This document shows positions 63,273 to 64,000 of a stretch of 64,000 bases of DNA, piece after piece. Source of the DNA: Balamuthia mandrillaris (taxonomy: Eukaryota). Where the stretch lies: positions 62,001 to 126,000 of the forward strand of contig JAVKOQ020000052.1 of the NCBI GenBank assembly GCA_031835245.2, given 5' to 3'. The notes under the pieces are model-generated. The model was not told where the DNA came from, did no database searches, and saw nothing but the letters and a program-made list of their open reading frames with translations. The position numbers and the translations under genes were made by a program. Numbering within the stretch: position 1 is the first letter of the stretch; each line of letters begins with the position of its first letter.

Positions 63273-64000
63273 ATGATGTCTCTGCGCAGTTTGGCCACAA
63301 GGAGGGGCGTCCTTCGTGGTGCCTCCCTCGCACCTCGCACTGTAAACGCTCCTAATCTTCTCCGCTCCGTGGCTCCTCTTTCTTCCTGTGGTGAGTGTAC
63401 TACTACTTTGAACAAAATCAATCTAGTGCTATTGATTTCTAACTTGTGGCCCACAGGAAGAAGCGCTGCCTATTCCACGGAAAAGGCTAGCGCCCCCCAA
63501 CAAAAGAAGGCCGAGCCCGCTGCCGAGCCCGCCGCCAAAGCTGCCCCCAAGGCCGCTGAGACTGAGAGCCAGGCCGCCTCCACCGAAATCAGCAGGGGAG
63601 AAATCGTGCAGATCATCGGTGCCGTCGTCGACGTTAAATTCCCCGAAGACCGCCTTCCCCCCATCCTCAACGCCTTGGAGGTTGAGGGTCACGAGGTGGA
63701 GGGACAGCCCGTAAAACTCATCCTTGAGGTCGCCCAGCACTTGGGTGATGGTATTTGCCGTTGCATTGCTATGGAGGCCACTGAGGGTCTTGTCCGTGGA
63801 CAACCTGTCATCGACATGCAAAACCCTATCATGGTGCCTGGTATGTTTACATAAGCCCCCCTTCCCTTGCAATCGCAAATCTATTCCCTTCGTTATTAAT
63901 CCTTTTGTTTTCAGTGGGACCTGAGACCCTGGGAAGAATTATTAACGTTATTGGAGAGCCCATCGACGAGAAGGGACCCATTCACACAAAGAAGATGAAC
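63273..64000 (+). CDS. ATP5F1B: Mitochondrial ATP synthase F1 subunit beta, 5' part (continues past the window)
   Basis: [35 protein letters not shown] and [18 protein letters not shown]; Arg-rich presequence. Confidence 0.96.

Overview
Gene-dense eukaryotic DNA with short GT-AG introns often filled with (CT)n tracts. The gene set and intron style suggest an amoebozoan-type protist, which is an inference. About 21 host genes can be modelled: a partial unknown gene, an ATF6/CREB3-like membrane bZIP, a secreted LamG + Cys-repeat protein, EF-1alpha, ATX1, a CaMK, PP2A-B56, COX6B, histone H1, PP2C, an AlkB dioxygenase, V-ATPase A, symplekin, a PH-domain protein, a Rim2-like mitochondrial carrier, PAK, a PPR-DYW deaminase, Hsp110, PHAF1 and ATP synthase delta and beta. 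A ~16 kb gene-free, CpG-depleted retroelement island (34.3-50.4 kb) holds two tail-to-tail copies of an APE-RT LINE, shredded relatives, a Ty3/Gypsy remnant and a second RNase H-bearing LINE family. Highlights: (1) the near-complete LINE has, right before its ORF1 ATG, a 62-bp reverse complement of the family's own 3' end, so it is either a LINE with terminal inverted repeats or a self-targeted insertion with a long target duplication; (2) a PPR-DYW C-to-U editing factor, predicted mitochondrial, ending in DHY; (3) a tRNA-like Pol III gene with an extended acceptor stem and a non-canonical anticodon arm; (4) CpG-directed decay of the transposons, suggesting TE methylation. Exon models were built by eye and no database searches were run.
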